Below the pieces are notes generated by a model, which worked only from the letters and a program-made list of their open reading frames with translations, had not been told where the DNA came from and searched no databases. From Cystobasidiomycetes sp. EMM_F5 (taxonomy: Eukaryota), in assembly GCA_051047955.1 (NCBI GenBank), contig JBPGPT010000035.1, forward strand, positions 1 to 64,000: DNA of 64,000 nt, written 5' to 3'. Positions 1-13,337 of the stretch are shown here, piece by piece. Every line of letters begins with the position of its first letter. Positions within the stretch are counted from its first letter, which is position 1. Made by a program: the position numbers and the translations under genes.

Positions 1-620
1 TAGAATGAGTAATCAGAGGAGAGCGAGATGAGGGATGGCGATTAACAAGCAAGCATGAGCAGTGAGAAAAGAGGGAAGAATGAGAATGAGTGAGGGCATC
101 GCAACAAGGGAGAAGAAAGCGAAAAAGGAGAGGTAAACGAATATGAATCAGCTGCAATTCCTCTGAGCGGACTTTGGGATATATACCACCTACCGTGAAT
201 CTGACCTGCCGATTGTATTTCGTTGTTGTGGAAGCCTGCGGATCGATTGTGTCAGAGGGTGTGTCCGCTCCGCCTTGATGCTACCACCCACCACACTCTG
301 GACACCTAAACGACATTATAATGACCTCTTTGAAGAAGGGGATGAGTGTGAGGAGGAGTCTTGTCTGGCCCTGCACAATATCCTTTCAATTAGGATATGG
401 CTACACCCTCTTCATTCATCACAAATCCACTCGCATTCTCACCGCACTGCATGCACAGCGACTCGATTACCTCTACTGGGTGGTCCTCTGTGCCGTAGTG
501 CTGCTGCTGCGAGTCTGAATTATCATTGTCGATGTTGTCGTCGCTGTCACCGTCTGGCATGGCATCGGCAGCCTGCGCCATCTCCCCGATGGGTCTGAAT
601 GCGTTGGTGGATGAGGACAT
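1..620 (-). CDS. ZPR1: Zinc finger protein ZPR1, 5' part (continues beyond window start)
   Basis: Spliced exons read [56 protein letters not shown], the ZPR1 N-terminal C4 zinc finger. Intron 1 (371-434) has a GC donor (GCGAGT). Confidence 0.93.
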
Positions 621-1098
621 GGTGGGCGGTATGGAGTGATTGGGTGTTTGTACGAGATGGGTTGGGTTGAATTGGAGAGGGTTAGAAGGAGTCTAATGAC
701 GAGTAATTGAAGAAGAGGAAGAAGATTATCATTATCATTACTTCGAATGCTAATGGCTCCTTCTAATAAACACTAATCCCTCTCTAATCCACTCTAATGG
801 TCACTCCAATCTCCCATTACAATGCTCGTCACTCACCCCACCGGTTCCCATGCCCTGTGCACTCCTTTACAATAACGATTACATTCTTGCAGGCGGTCTC
901 TGACTTACGCTCACTCGTTTACTCACTTTAACAAGTCTCTCGACTGGCTCGACGGACGCACACTCGTTCAATCAATCAATCTCTGTATCCCTCGTCACCC
1001 TCGACGACCTGAGCGCAGGGTATTACAACAACGCTGTGGACGGAGTACACTCATTATCATCAACAGCACTCTACACGATATACGTAAACTCGGTCAAC

Positions 1099-3635
1099 AT
1101 GCACCACACTCACCGCAGACATACCCACAACACGGCGAGGGCACTGGCAGTCGTCAAGGACAACGATGACAACGACACGCTCTTCGTCCCAGGACCGAGG
1201 TTGGATGGGCCAGGTGGAGATGCTGCGAACAGCACGAGCAGAGTGTCCATCTCACTCACTGCCACTGCCACTCTGGCAGCAGCGAGTGCGAGTGCCATTC
1301 CGACTAGTCCCTTCAATGGACTGGCGAGGTGTGCACAGGGCTGCGTCGACGATGCGTACGGGAGTGTTTGCGAGACTCTGGTGGGCAGTCACTGCTCACC
1401 TCGCCATTCTCTCACTGACGCACCCGTCTCTGCAGACCTGCTACTGTCGACTCAACGCTAGACTACGCATATCTGCAGAGTGCGTGCAGAGCAAATGTCC
1501 AGACGCTCAAGTAGGCGCTTTCCTGGATCAGGTGGCACAGGTGGGCTTGACTGTCTCTTGTAGCGCATCCTGTATCCTAACTATACTCTTTGACGCAGAA
1601 CTGCAGCAATGCAGCTGCAGACAGTCTGCTGTCGGATCTATTAACAGCGACCAGCTCCTCCTCTTCGTCGTCTTCATCCTCCTCCACTCGTTCGACTTCA
1701 TCCACAACTACAAGCACTACGACTTCCTCCACCACCACCTCCACCTCCACCTCATCCACTTCCCTCTCCTCCTCAACCACACGCCCCACTTCAGCACTCA
1801 CAGCACCAACAACCCTCATGACCGTCGCCGCGCCTCCGCTCGTCGGGCCAATCGACTCGTCTTCCTCTCCCTCGTCAAACAAGAATTCATCCACCGGCCT
1901 CTCAAAAGGGACAGTCATCGGTCTCTCGGTAGCGGGTGCAATTGTACTCGTGTTTGCTCTGTTGTGCGTGTACATGACGCGACGCAGACTGGCGGGAAGG
2001 AACAGTGCAGCAAAGCAGTGGCTCAGGAGGTCGGGTGCGGGTGATGCGGGAGAGTATGTCGATACGAGGAGTGGGTCGCAGGAGGAGTTGCAGAAAAAGG
2101 GAATGAGCGAGGCGAACGGAGTGGAGGCGAAGGCGCCGCCGAATGGAGTGGAAACGATGACGCCGCCTCGTGTACCGACAGAGCCGAACAGGGAGATGAG
2201 AATGATGATGCAGAGAGAGTACACTCAACCACACTCTTACTCTCACGCGACATATCCTGCAATGGGAAATCTGCGGTATGGCAATGCGGCATATCCTACG
2301 ATGGGAAGTGTCGGGCGGGGAGATCCGTATACTTTTGATGCCGCTGGTACGGCACCGCTGGGCACGAATGGATGGAGGCCCGACAGTACAGTGAGCGCCA
2401 ACAACGTAGCCGGCGTGGGCATGAGCGAATGGAGACCCGTCAGTATAGTAAGCGCTAACAATGTAGCGGGCGTAGGCACTCGTTTCTCTTCGCAACCGCC
2501 TCTTCCAGCTTCATCTCGCGCGTCGACGACACCACACGCATCGCTTGGATATCCTCGTCATCAGACTGGAGGGAATGGATTGGACAACGCACAGTATCCT
2601 ATCGACCCTTTTGCAGATACGAGAGGGTCTGTCGAAGTAGGATCCCCAGTTGATCCGTTTACACTGGCACAGATGCAAATGGGAACGACGCCGCATCATG
2701 TTGGACACGCTCGAGGAAGTGGAACTGTGGCTGGTCAGAATGGACAGTCGCCATTCCTTTCCCCGAAAATGATAAATAAGGGTATCCCTTCCTCAGTGCA
2801 CAGAGGCTTGGAATATGAGGAAGGAACTGCGCTGGGTCACGCTCGTGCGGAAATAACCACTCCCGCCGTCGTTTCTGGTTCGACATCTGGTTTGACGACG
2901 TATCCTGACGGCTCTTTTAGCGATTATACTTCTGTACCCATAACGGGCGACTCGAGCTTCTCCAGACAACAAGATCAGTCTTCCTCTCCTGTGCATGCCT
3001 CCGGGCCTTCCTCTCCGGCCGTCGCGCCGCCAACTCGCGGTGCATCACTCACACTGTCTGCCCTCTCACTGCCGGGTGACACGTCAACGCCAACTGGCTC
3101 CATCTTTCCGCTGTCTCCAGATGCATACAAAACATCCTCACAAATCTCGCCATTGCCTACGCATGCCAGCAGTCCCACTTCACCACGTTCGACGAATGGA
3201 TTGAAGAAATTGCATCTGCCAGATAAAGTCCGATCGAATTCAGTATCGAGCAACGTCTCGCAATCTCCCATTCTCTCGTCTGCCTTTGATAATAGTATGC
3301 ACCTTGCGCCCTTTTTGGAAGAAAGTGAACACTTTCCAACGACGGCACGAAATTCGAATGTCTATCCGAGTACGCCAGAGAAGGACAAGCGCATGTCGGT
3401 GATGAGACAACAGCGCGAGACGAGAGCGCTCAGTCCACGATCTGTTCCATTGCCACTGAGTGTGCACGGCAGTATCTCGTCCATCAAGGAGGTGAAAGAT
3501 GGGAATAGAAATGGTGTGGAGACGACGAGGCAGGGATTGGGGTTGAGCAGGAGCGATAGTACAGCTACACTGGGGCTGCCGTATCTGAGGGATCCAGAGA
3601 TGGTCAAGACTGTGCCGAGAATGCCTGGTCTGTAG
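1099..3635 (+). CDS. Single-pass cell-surface protein: CFEM-like Cys domain, Ser/Thr stalk, TM helix, long disordered cytoplasmic tail
   Basis: CAQGC...C|TCYC...ECVQSKC...C spacing over two introns, poly-S/T tract, TM GTVIGLSVAGAIVLVFALLCVYM followed by RRR. Start codon uncertain. Confidence 0.65.
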
Positions 3636-4382
3636 GTGTGGGGCGTTGGAGGAGAATGGGCGGGGAATGAAAGGAAGTCAAATGCAGTGCAGTGCTGTGC
3701 CAGTGCGGAGCGGGAATATGACGTGGGAGTCGTCAAAAACACGCAAAAGGTAATCTAGACGGGTTGTAAAAAGGGACGGTTGTCGCATGTTGTAAACCTG
3801 CAGACAGCAACCCAAATTGGACTACTTTATCGCTGTCCTGTCCACACTGCTGACGCGACAGTGACAGCTGTCCAATCTATCGTCTCCCCTTTGTTGTCGC
3901 GTCGCCACCTACGCGACTGATATTGAGAATACGAGAAGAGCAATATCAACGGCCCGTGCGATCAAGGGCATTTACGGCGATTGCGAGGGTTGCTAATGCG
4001 CTCTTAATGTCGCCAACAGATTGTTAAAGGCACATTAATACTGTCCACTTTCATTACAATTCACTGCAAGCCGCCTCGTTGACGCTGTCAGCTCGACAGG
4101 CCGCTCGACTTTGGGCAAGTTGATCTGCCGTCACACGCCACTACTCCAACGACAGCTAGTCGGGCGTACGTTTGGGTCCACAAAAGCTGCGCGCAAATGG
4201 ACAAAGTCGAGCCAAAGCGGAGACGGGCACGAGGCAGGAAAGACCTTCGCTCCTTCTTGGGTTTCTTCTGCATCACTCGTTCCGAAGCTGCGACAAACGT
4301 CGTCCCAATGGCTTACTCCCGCTTTGATGCTAGGTAAGAAGCGTGCGCATGACTGCTCTTCCTTGTAGCTGATTCGTTTGCC

Positions 4383-6557
4383 ATGGCTAGCTCCAGTCCG
4401 CCCTTGAAGATTCCGACCAACCATGTTGCAGATAACCGTCATCTCTTCGAAGCAATCTTCCCCCTGCACACATCTATCAAAGGAATCTTGCACTCCTCCA
4501 CCTTCTTCTCCATTCCATGTGCACCCTCGAAATCGCCTATCCAGAATCCACGGAGATGCCTGCTCCACCTCTCCCTCGTATTCAAGCCCGGTCCTGATGC
4601 CTTCCTAGGAGACCTGAATATGCGCCTCAATTTCTCTGTCACCGAAGGTGGACCTGTTGCAGTACTCGGCTGTCGTATGCTAGATCTTGAGCAGGATACC
4701 GTCTTTTTTAAACAATTTTCGCAAACTTGGCAGCGGAGATCGACGGATCCACTCAATTCACGATGGCATCGAGAAGGTTTTGAACAGCTATTTTCACATC
4801 AGTCTGATGCCAATCAAGTATTTCAACACCTCAGTTCAAAGGAATGCAGAGTGTATGGCACTCGTTTCTGGACGGAGAGTATTACGAGAGATTCGTTATT
4901 TCTCAGAGGTAGTGGTCCTCTTGGCAAAAATCCCGGCATCCTCCATACCGTACCTCTCTGCGTAATGCTCGAATATCCACCTCATTCAACTTCTCAGCTC
5001 GTCGCTTCCGTGTCCATAAGCGCTGTCCTCCAGCGGAACAAGACGGACGCAGAGTACGCCGAGGATGAGTTGCTGTATGGCATCACAGAGCGATTCGAGG
5101 ATCTGGAGTCGTTTGCAACCGTTATGCTATCCGTACCGCTTGCAAACGAGCCGGCTGTTCCTCTCACACCAATCCCTCTCTCTTCGCGTCCGCTGTGTGA
5201 TATACTTCACAAAAGAGCAAAAGTGGTGCGAAGCCCACCAGTCAGCCCATTGTTGGCGCCGAAAGCGAGGCAGCCTGTTTTGCCGCTGCTGTCGCTGACA
5301 CTGCCTGAAGGGTCGCCCGACCCGCAGGCAGCGGGGATCCGACGACCCTCCACCGCCCGTGAGCGCAAGTTTGGAGGACGCCCACTGAAGTATGTGCATC
5401 GAGACGTAGGTATGTCCTTCTTTCGCGCTCGCCACAAAGCGTGGGAAAAGGCTCGCGGAGGTGCATCAGCGTCGCAGGTCGACAAGGGCAAGGGTAGGGC
5501 TCCGCAAGACGGCTCCTGTGAACCGGCAGCGCACAATATCGCTCAGGATCAGCCGGCATATCCTCCTCTACGCGACCCAGCAATACGTGTCAAGCCTCCC
5601 GTCAGTGGGAGGACTCTCCTCAGGCCGCTGTCGAGCAGTCACATGGCTGCCCCATTTGTCGCTCGTCGAGCTACCCCGAAAGAGCCGTCAAATGCAAAGG
5701 TTGTACAGCCTTCAGAGTTAGCCAACGTCGCAAGCGGACCAAAGCCGTCAGGAGTGCCCAGTGTGGCAAGCAGACCTCAGACTCCAGAAGCAGTCGGAGT
5801 CGCGAGCAATACTCAGCCTCCGAGGATAATCAGCGCCACAAGTAAACCACAGGCTGCAGAGACAGTAAATGCTGCACTCTTCCTACAGCCTTCAGCACCA
5901 AGTGGTGTAACTGTTCCGGAGCGCAGGCTGCGTAGAACAAAAGCGCAGACGTTGCCATCCACTTCACCTGTCAGCGGAAATCAACCAAAGGATGAAGCTC
6001 AGCAGGTCGTGACTCGGCAGGTCGAGGCTGCACCTGAGGCAGAGCAGGTGCCGAGGCCCGCCTCTACTTTTCAGCCATCGGATCTGATCAGCGAAAGCGG
6101 TACAAACTCCAGCAACGGGCGCCTGGCGTATGCAGGCGCCAGGGCGCTACTGTCACAGATGATGCAAGACGGAGCGATTAGACAAGCAATGTTGGAGCGA
6201 GGCCCCGACAGGGTTCTCACGAGGATGTTTCGACGAATGTGTACTTCAGATGTCATGGAATTTTTCGAGACCGACTGGGTCATCTTCGAAGAGGTCTTGA
6301 AATCACAAATACGCAAGATGCAGGTGGCACCTACGATAGGCCAGACTCCTAGCTTGATCTATCTGCGAGATTTTATCGGACATAAGCGGTCTGCGGATCA
6401 ATTGGCAGAGCTCTCCATTGCTTCCTCGGACCTGACGCCGCCTCGCGGACCTGGCCGTCGAGTGAATATTGAGCGAGCGCCCGAAGCTGGTCCGTCTACG
6501 CACAGTGGGCGACAGAGGCGACAGTCACCACATGCGAATTTGGGCGCTGAAGGATGA
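4383..6557 (+). CDS. Hypothetical protein (724 aa ORF)
   Basis: Long uninterrupted ORF with a globular-looking N-terminus and a Pro/Ala/Ser-rich middle. No recognised family. Confidence 0.7.
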   Translation: MASSSPPLKIPTNHVADNRHLFEAIFPLHTSIKGILHSSTFFSIPCAPSKSPIQNPRRCLLHLSLVFKPGPDAFLGDLNMRLNFSVTEGGPVAVLGCRMLDLEQDTVFFKQFSQTWQRRSTDPLNSRWHREGFEQLFSHQSDANQVFQHLSSKECRVYGTRFWTESITRDSLFLRGSGPLGKNPGILHTVPLCVMLEYPPHSTSQLVASVSISAVLQRNKTDAEYAEDELLYGITERFEDLESFATVMLSVPLANEPAVPLTPIPLSSRPLCDILHKRAKVVRSPPVSPLLAPKARQPVLPLLSLTLPEGSPDPQAAGIRRPSTARERKFGGRPLKYVHRDVGMSFFRARHKAWEKARGGASASQVDKGKGRAPQDGSCEPAAHNIAQDQPAYPPLRDPAIRVKPPVSGRTLLRPLSSSHMAAPFVARRATPKEPSNAKVVQPSELANVASGPKPSGVPSVASRPQTPEAVGVASNTQPPRIISATSKPQAAETVNAALFLQPSAPSGVTVPERRLRRTKAQTLPSTSPVSGNQPKDEAQQVVTRQVEAAPEAEQVPRPASTFQPSDLISESGTNSSNGRLAYAGARALLSQMMQDGAIRQAMLERGPDRVLTRMFRRMCTSDVMEFFETDWVIFEEVLKSQIRKMQVAPTIGQTPSLIYLRDFIGHKRSADQLAELSIASSDLTPPRGPGRRVNIERAPEAGPSTHSGRQRRQSPHANLGAEG

Positions 6558-6625
6558 CGAAGCCTGGACAGACCAAGATAGCGCTGGCAGGTACCATCAT
6601 TTGAATATCGAGGGTTTGACATAAC

Positions 6626-7483
6626 CTAGGTCGAGGGACCCTCTACAGCTTGGGTACGGCGCGAGTTCTGTACGCGGACTAGCAGCCAGTTGACTGCTTC
6701 CGCGATGCCATCGCTGTGAGAGTAATAAACGATTATGCTTGTCAGATCCTGTGGAATAATGTACACAAAGACAATGTATGCAGAAATCAACCAACCCTTT
6801 CAAGGCCGAGATTGGCATCACGGCTGCTTCGGAAACATTCATCTTGTCGACGTGCTTGTTGAAGCGTTCCTTGATCGACTCGATGTGCAATGCCTTCGGA
6901 TCGTCTTGCTTGTTGGCAAGGACGAGAGTGGGAAGGCCTTCTATCCTTCGGTCGCCTACGATTTCGTCAAATACGATCCACGTATCGTCCATCCGGGTAG
7001 TATCGGTGCTATCGACCACGAAGCATACAGCACTGCACTCTGCATAGTACTTTGGCCATAGCGCTCTCAGTTCGCGTTGACCACCGAGATCCCAAAATTG
7101 CAGAATGCAGGAGGATAGGGTGATGCGCCCGACTGCGGTCATACTTTCAGGAGGAGTGGTAGTAAAAGGCCATGCTACCCACTGTTTTGGCCTATAGTAG
7201 GATGGATCTTTTCCGGAGGCAGACCTGGAGTGTCATTGTATTGCGATTTGACCTTTTCTAAGAATGTCTGTCGTGGACTTCAGCCTATGAATACGGACGT
7301 AACTTGTTAGCGGACTGACGGTCTTTCCGGCTGCATCCAGACCAAGTATCACAATCGAAAACTGCGGGAATGTAACCATCTCGCGCGTCAATATAGACAA
7401 CGCGCATTCATCGTCAGATTTCAGCTAGGCACCTCATCCTTTCGGGTCAGCTCGGTATACAGTCCAGACAGGAGATGCCACAT
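6626..7483 (-). CDS. ARL3: ARF-like GTPase Arl3/ARFRP1
   Basis: MWHLLSGLY N-terminus, GLDAAGKT P-loop, PTIGQN, WDLGGQRELRALWPKYYAEC, LANKQD; multi-exon. Confidence 0.93.
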
Positions 7484-7654
7484 GACGGCATATCAGAGCA
7501 TGGTCAGCAGTGGTTGGCAGGTGTTTAAACTGCGCCAGAATATATTGTCCACTTATGAAATGATGATCGAATAATCCTGGATCATTGCCAACTGTCGCTC
7601 AGCTCTGCAGGTTGCTTCCTCGCCAACCCATTCGCTTGCTAGCTGTTCAAAACC

Positions 7655-9465
7655 ATGTCTGATGTCCCGCCAGATGAAGGCGCTGGCCAGCCTGTACCAG
7701 AACCAGTCATGTCTGGTGACCCTCTGCCGGCGGTGATGATTCCAAAGCAGGCCGCACACTACGCTGCACAGCGGCATGGACTCGCAGAAATACCCATCGG
7801 ATCCGTAGCTGGAAACACGCAAGAGTCGAGAGACGAGATTATGCGAGAAGCCGAAGAACTCGCAGCAGCAACAGCCAAAAATCAAGAAAACGACAACAAC
7901 GACGACGACGACGAAGCTATGGATGCTGATGATGATCTCTTTGGGTGCGGGACACAAAATCATGTTGATGGCATTTTTGGCTAACTTGCACTTAATGTGT
8001 ACTCAGTGATGCAGCAGATGCTGAAGTCGAAGAGACGGCAGCCGAAGAAGCGGTCCACGCGCAGACTCAGGAAGAGAGCGCAGAGCCTCGTGCAGGAACG
8101 GCAGAGCTCTCGGAAGCAGAGATGGAAAGGCGGCGACGACTCGAGTATGAAGAAGAAGGAGAACCCAAAGATGGAGCAGTGATGCAGCAAGAAACGACAT
8201 TTGCAGCAGTAACGTTTGCAAATCTGCCCATGGCAAGTGATACCGAAAAGGTAAGCAAGTGTTGAAGCTTCACTGCATAACCGTACTGAGATATCTCGTT
8301 TGGTGATGCTCACTTCAATCTACAGCTATGGCATGCACGAGTGAGACGAGCTGGTACTTTTATCTTGGTGTAGATAACTGACATACTATTCTCGTAGCTC
8401 CCAAATTTCCTTCACCTTGAAAGCGGCAGTTATTCCCCTTCAACCTATAATCCATCGAACGAACCAACATCAGTTCCCGTGGAAAACACAATTCGATGGC
8501 GCTGGCATCCGCAAAGACCCATGGAACGGCAGAGCAATGCTCGCATGATTCGCTGGAGCGATGGCTCAATGTCTATGCAAGTTGGTGACGAGCTGTTTGA
8601 TGTTGCTACGGACCGAGCTGTGAACAGTGGCAAGAGCGTAGCTCCGGCTGGACCAGGAGCTGTTGCCAACGGAGGCCAGCATGCGGCAGATGCTACGACG
8701 TTCCTAGTGGCGCAGCACGCATACGTTGGACTACTCGAGTCCCAAGCTGCAGTGACCGGCAACATGACATTCCGCCTGACCTCGCTCGCCTCCCAGTCAC
8801 ACCGTAAACTGGCTTCAGCATTATCAGCAAAGACGGCAGCATCAGGCAAGAGCAAAACGGTCATGGTCATGGCTGGTGAAGGCGAAGGTCAAAAGCCAGC
8901 TGCCGGTCGCAAGGCGACTCGCCGCAAAGGCATCAAGAGAGAAGGAGGTGCTGCAAGTGCCAGAGGCAGAAAAGCAGGTCGTCGCAGTGTACGAAGTACG
9001 AGACTGGACGACTTTTCCGACGAAGATGATTTCGAAGATTCTGCCGGTCTCGCTGGAGATGATGCGGATGGTATGGACTCACGCGCAGCGGCTGCGGAGA
9101 GGAAGAAGGCAAGATTACGAGAGCAAGCCGATATGGACGGCTTTATTGCTTCGGAGGACAGCGACGAGGATGAAGATGCAGATTCAGATGAGGGTGGAGG
9201 TCGTAGCAGTAGGCGAAAAGACCGAGCTGCGAGGGAAGAGGAGGAAGCAGAAGATGACGACTTGGACGCTTTGGAAGCGCAAGCGCAGCGTGCCGCAAAA
9301 GCTGACAGAGTACGCAAGAAGGGCAAAACTGGATCTGGTACTTCTGCAAGCGGGCCGACTCCGCAAAGGGCGCCACCTAAAGAAATCGATTCAGACGATC
9401 TCGATGCAGATGATGCAGAAGTGTTTACGAGAAAGAAGCTTGTAGTCGAAAGTGACGAGGATTGA
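7655..9465 (+). CDS. LEO1: Paf1 complex subunit Leo1
   Basis: ENTIRWRW...QSNARMIRWSDGSMSMQVGDELFDV Leo1 domain flanked by acidic disordered regions; several introns. Confidence 0.92.
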
Positions 9466-9962
9466 GCATGTTGTTCAGCGGACAGTACAGAGTACAACAC
9501 GAGCTAGACATGGCTTGACCCGATGACACTATCCATGACTTCAGTGCACGAACTTCTGCACCAGTTCCGAAGTCCTTGGAGGACGGTCCTTGACTTTAGC
9601 GTCTACCTAGCCTTCAAGTGTCGCACAACCTGCCATCATATCGATGGTCCTGCCGGAAACCGAAAAACCCGATTGTCGTCGGCTGATAGACTGCGCCGTC
9701 ACAGCTGACGAGACTGGGTAACGAGTAGGCTGAGCATTGTGGACGTATTACCAGGCGGCTGTTCGTCCGGCGGGTCGTGCATCCTACGCCATAGTCTCCG
9801 CCTTGGCTCCCTCAATCTCGATACACGCACGGCGGCTTGATTCTGCCATACGATTAGAGTCGGGCCTTAGGCGCTGCAGGGGTTCGTTGTCAACGCGACT
9901 ATCCGGCTCTGACCGGTGCGAGCAGGCTCTTGGTGCAAACATGGCAGGATTATGCGTCGAGC

Positions 9963-10909
9963 CTATTTGTTGCCAGCCAACGCCTGCTCCCTTTGCATCA
10001 CGTCCCTATTCAGCTTGATGAGTAAGACTGTTCTCCTTGGATGTTGATCGGACGGCACTAGATGTGCTGTAACGCGTGATGGCTTTTGATGACAATCAGA
10101 AAGGCCCGCCAGCCGAGCGTGCTATGCTACTCACAAAACCTAAACCGTCCATCACAGCTTCCACCACCCCCGCCAGTAGTGCATTGGTATTGAGCTGCGC
10201 CATATCTTTCGGCACCTGAATCCCTCTATCCAGCACCGGCTCATCGTCACCAATCATGTATTCATCGTCCGCTTCAGTCGATTTTTCAAGTGATGAAGCT
10301 GGCCTCCCGAATAGATACTTGAACAATGTCGTGTGTACGTAGTGCAAGACAGGTAGTAGCCGCGTATGTCGCGTAGGCCCAGCATTCGCTCTAGACGTGG
10401 ACGGCGGCAGGGATTCTCGCAATGGCAGTAGCTCGACGAGGCGTACCCCAACTCTGTAGCCAATGAGGGAAAGTCTTGTGATAGAAAAGGGGACCTTAGC
10501 GTGTCGTCAGAAAGTCAAACAATACGTTGCCCGCTCACCTCGCTTCAAAATCGCTAATGCTGTTTATACGTTTTTGCGTATATGTGACAATCTCGCTGAA
10601 CAGGAACGCCCAGGCTCCGTATGCGACTTCGGCTCCACGGGTCTTGCCTAGATTCCTATCTACGATATTGACTGGTTGTTGGCTGGTAATTGCTGATGAG
10701 CCAGACACGGTTGACATGCGCTTTGAGAGGGAGGAGAAGGCGGAAGAGGACGATGAAGCCGCAGCGGCATTGGAGAGGTTGGATGGTGCATTTGTTGCTG
10801 ACGGCGAGGGTGACGATGTGCTGTAACGCGATATTCCGGCAGAGGCCGCCAGATTTGGATTTGACCCAATGACTCCACTGTGATTGTAGAATGACGATGG
10901 ATTGGCCAT
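9963..10909 (-). CDS. TRS31: TRAPP subunit Trs31/TRAPPC5
   Basis: AWAFLFSEIVTYTQKRINSISDFEAR, VHTTLFKYLFGRPASSLEKS, EYMIGDDEP, AGVVEAVMDGLGF|PSRVTAH. Confidence 0.92.
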
Positions 10910-11043
10910 CCTTTCAGTATGGCTCTATCGTATTGGTTATCAGATAAAATGTCAAGATTGTCCAAAGTCCAAGCATATTGTTGATCAGATTGACCAGCTT
11001 TGCGCGATTCAAAGGCAATTACCTTTACGCTCACTCCAACACC

Positions 11044-12227
11044 ATGGCAGCTCGAGTGCCCCAGCTGGCCTCGTCGACGGGTCCCAGCGTCGGAGCTGGC
11101 TCTGTCGCTTCTCGAGGCTCGACTTCAGTAGTCACCCCGGCAGTCCTGGCGCTCTCAGACTCGAGTGTTGCCCAATTCGACGCTCACCTGCTCGACTACC
11201 TCAACATCGAAGTGCGCAGGACTTGTACAAAGCATCGCTCGCGAAACTGACAGATCCGGGCGTCATTTACCTCGTCATTCGCAGATGCTCCAGATAATCA
11301 TCGATTCAGCAGCCCACGCGCAAGAGAGACAGAATCAACGACGAGCAATGATTGAGCAAGAGTTTAAGCAACTGCAGTATGAACTTGCCCCAGTCTCGCT
11401 TTCAACTCCTGGTCCTGGAGATGCTGCAAACGGACAAAGCCGACGAGATTCACAGATACAACCCGTAGACGCTCTGTCGCAACAAGCAGAAGAAGGGCTC
11501 AGAACCCGAATGGAGGCTATAGGATTTCGTTTGGGATGCGCATTGGCAGAAAGGTTGGTAGAGTAAGCCCGAGCGAGAAGCATTGCAGGCTGAATACATT
11601 TGGCAATAAGATTGGCTAGAGAACGCGCACCAATACAAAAAGTTGCACCGCCTGCGCCTGCTACTGGAGCTCCAATGGGAGGGGTCATAGGCGCGCCGCT
11701 AGACAGCTTAGAAGCGGTCAAATTCTTATGCAAAGAGTGTGTAGAATACCCAGCATACGAAGTAGATATCCTGACGTTTTGCGCTGACAGAGTATGGGCC
11801 AATCTGTATGACAAGCAGATTGACAATCTGCGTACAAATCATCGCGGAGTTTTCGTCTTGACCGATAATGCCTTCAAGCCAATTGTCAGATTATCCACGT
11901 TCAATACGCATGATTTGGCCATGCGAGATGCGGCAATGCGTAAGACTCGGCAGGTAAAGTAGACATATGTCATACGTCACTGCCACGCTATTGCAGCCTC
12001 TCCTAATCATTCTTGGCCCGACAGATGCTATACCTTCCCTGCGGCATCATCAGAGGCGCCATGTCAATACTAGGCATAGTCGCAAGCGTAACTGTAGAAT
12101 GCAGCGGCGGAGCTCAATGTGAGTCATGACGGGAATACCAGCGATATGTTCAGCTAATTGTTGCTCGGTGCTAGGCATATTTACTATAAAAACGACACTA
12201 CTGCCAGCAGCGCCAAAAGTCGGCTAG
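11044..12227 (+). CDS. TRS33: TRAPP subunit Trs33/TRAPPC6
   Basis: RMEAIGFRLGCALAERL, LEAVKFLCKE|VWANLYDKQIDNLRTNHRGVFVLTDN, FPCGIIRGAM. Confidence 0.92.
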
Positions 12228-12875
12228 TCTTATCAACGCGTACATGGTATCTGGCACAAAGAACGTGGTACGTGCCGCAAAAGCCGCCATTAGCGCACAC
12301 ACAAGGCCGCTTCGGTCATAACCCACAGACGGCTTTGTACCAGTGGCCAAGAGCCAAATCTCGGCTTCTCATCATGGGCATTCTTCACTATATACGAAGC
12401 CTTCATACACAAGCCGGCCGACAAAAATTCTGGAACAAGCATTCTGTCTCCACAAATTTGGCAGAGGTACTTCGCAGGTCCCATGGATGGCCACGCGGAG
12501 GTACGCAGTCTAGGTTATTTGAGTGAAGCCAGAGCAAGGTATGGCACATGGCCCTTGGCTGTCATACCGCTAATCGAAAGAAGGGCAACACACCTCAACG
12601 CGCTTGGGTTTGTTATAGCGCGCCGTGCGAATGCAGGGAGGCCGGGATGCAAACGGGATGGCATACCGAAAGAATCGTCGTGTTGTAATAGCTCTACACA
12701 AGCTATCACGTCATATAGTGCTATAGAAAACGCACATTGTGTGCTTCGCTGTCGTGATCGAATTATTGCTATGCTGAAGCCCGCCTTCTTGACAAGTGAC
12801 CAGTATCAGCACGCGCATTATTTGAACGCTAGGCCTGCCATCCACACCTCGCAAACTGCGTAATATCCTGCCAAA

Positions 12876-13337
12876 ATGATGCCTCGAGCGGGAAAACAGT
12901 CCATGTCTGAGCTCAAGGTGAGCGGAAAGCGGGCTCGTGCAGGACCGGATTGAGAATGTCGAGTGGAATGCGACGAGATGCTGATGGAGTGTCGAATGCA
13001 ACGTGGTGTAGCTGCGAAGACTTACCGAACATAATCAGAGACTCAAGGAGGATCTCGATAGACCGAGGGTCCGAGTTTCAGAGGCCGCAAAGTCGTGAGT
13101 CTGGGTTTCCGTCCACAACAGCGACACGACTGAGTGAATTACGTGCATCAGACTCATAAGCTACTGCACAAATACGCGAGATTATTTAGTTGGCATGCCG
13201 TGTCCTTGATGTCTGGATTGTGTCTAATCACGGTCTCTTCGCAGGTGCCGTCGTTATGGGGTCAAGTCGATAAAGCAGCGGACCCTTACGCTCCGCAAGC
13301 TGGTACAAACGGCGGCGGATGCTGCAACGTGATGTAG
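12876..13337 (+). CDS. Heterotrimeric G-protein gamma subunit (Ste18/Gpg-like)
   Basis: Four exons join to MMPRAGKQSMSELK|LRRLTEHNQRLKEDLDRPRVRVSEAAKS|LISYCTNTRDYL|VPSLWGQVDKAADPYAPQAGTNGGGCCNVM, ending in a CCaaX motif. Confidence 0.95.

Noticed and set aside
12230..12800. Hairpins and Sm-site-like words (AATTTTTG, AATTTGTG on the minus strand) between TRS33 and the G-gamma gene
   Set aside because: No U1/U2/U4/U5/U6 signature could be assembled, even allowing for introns.
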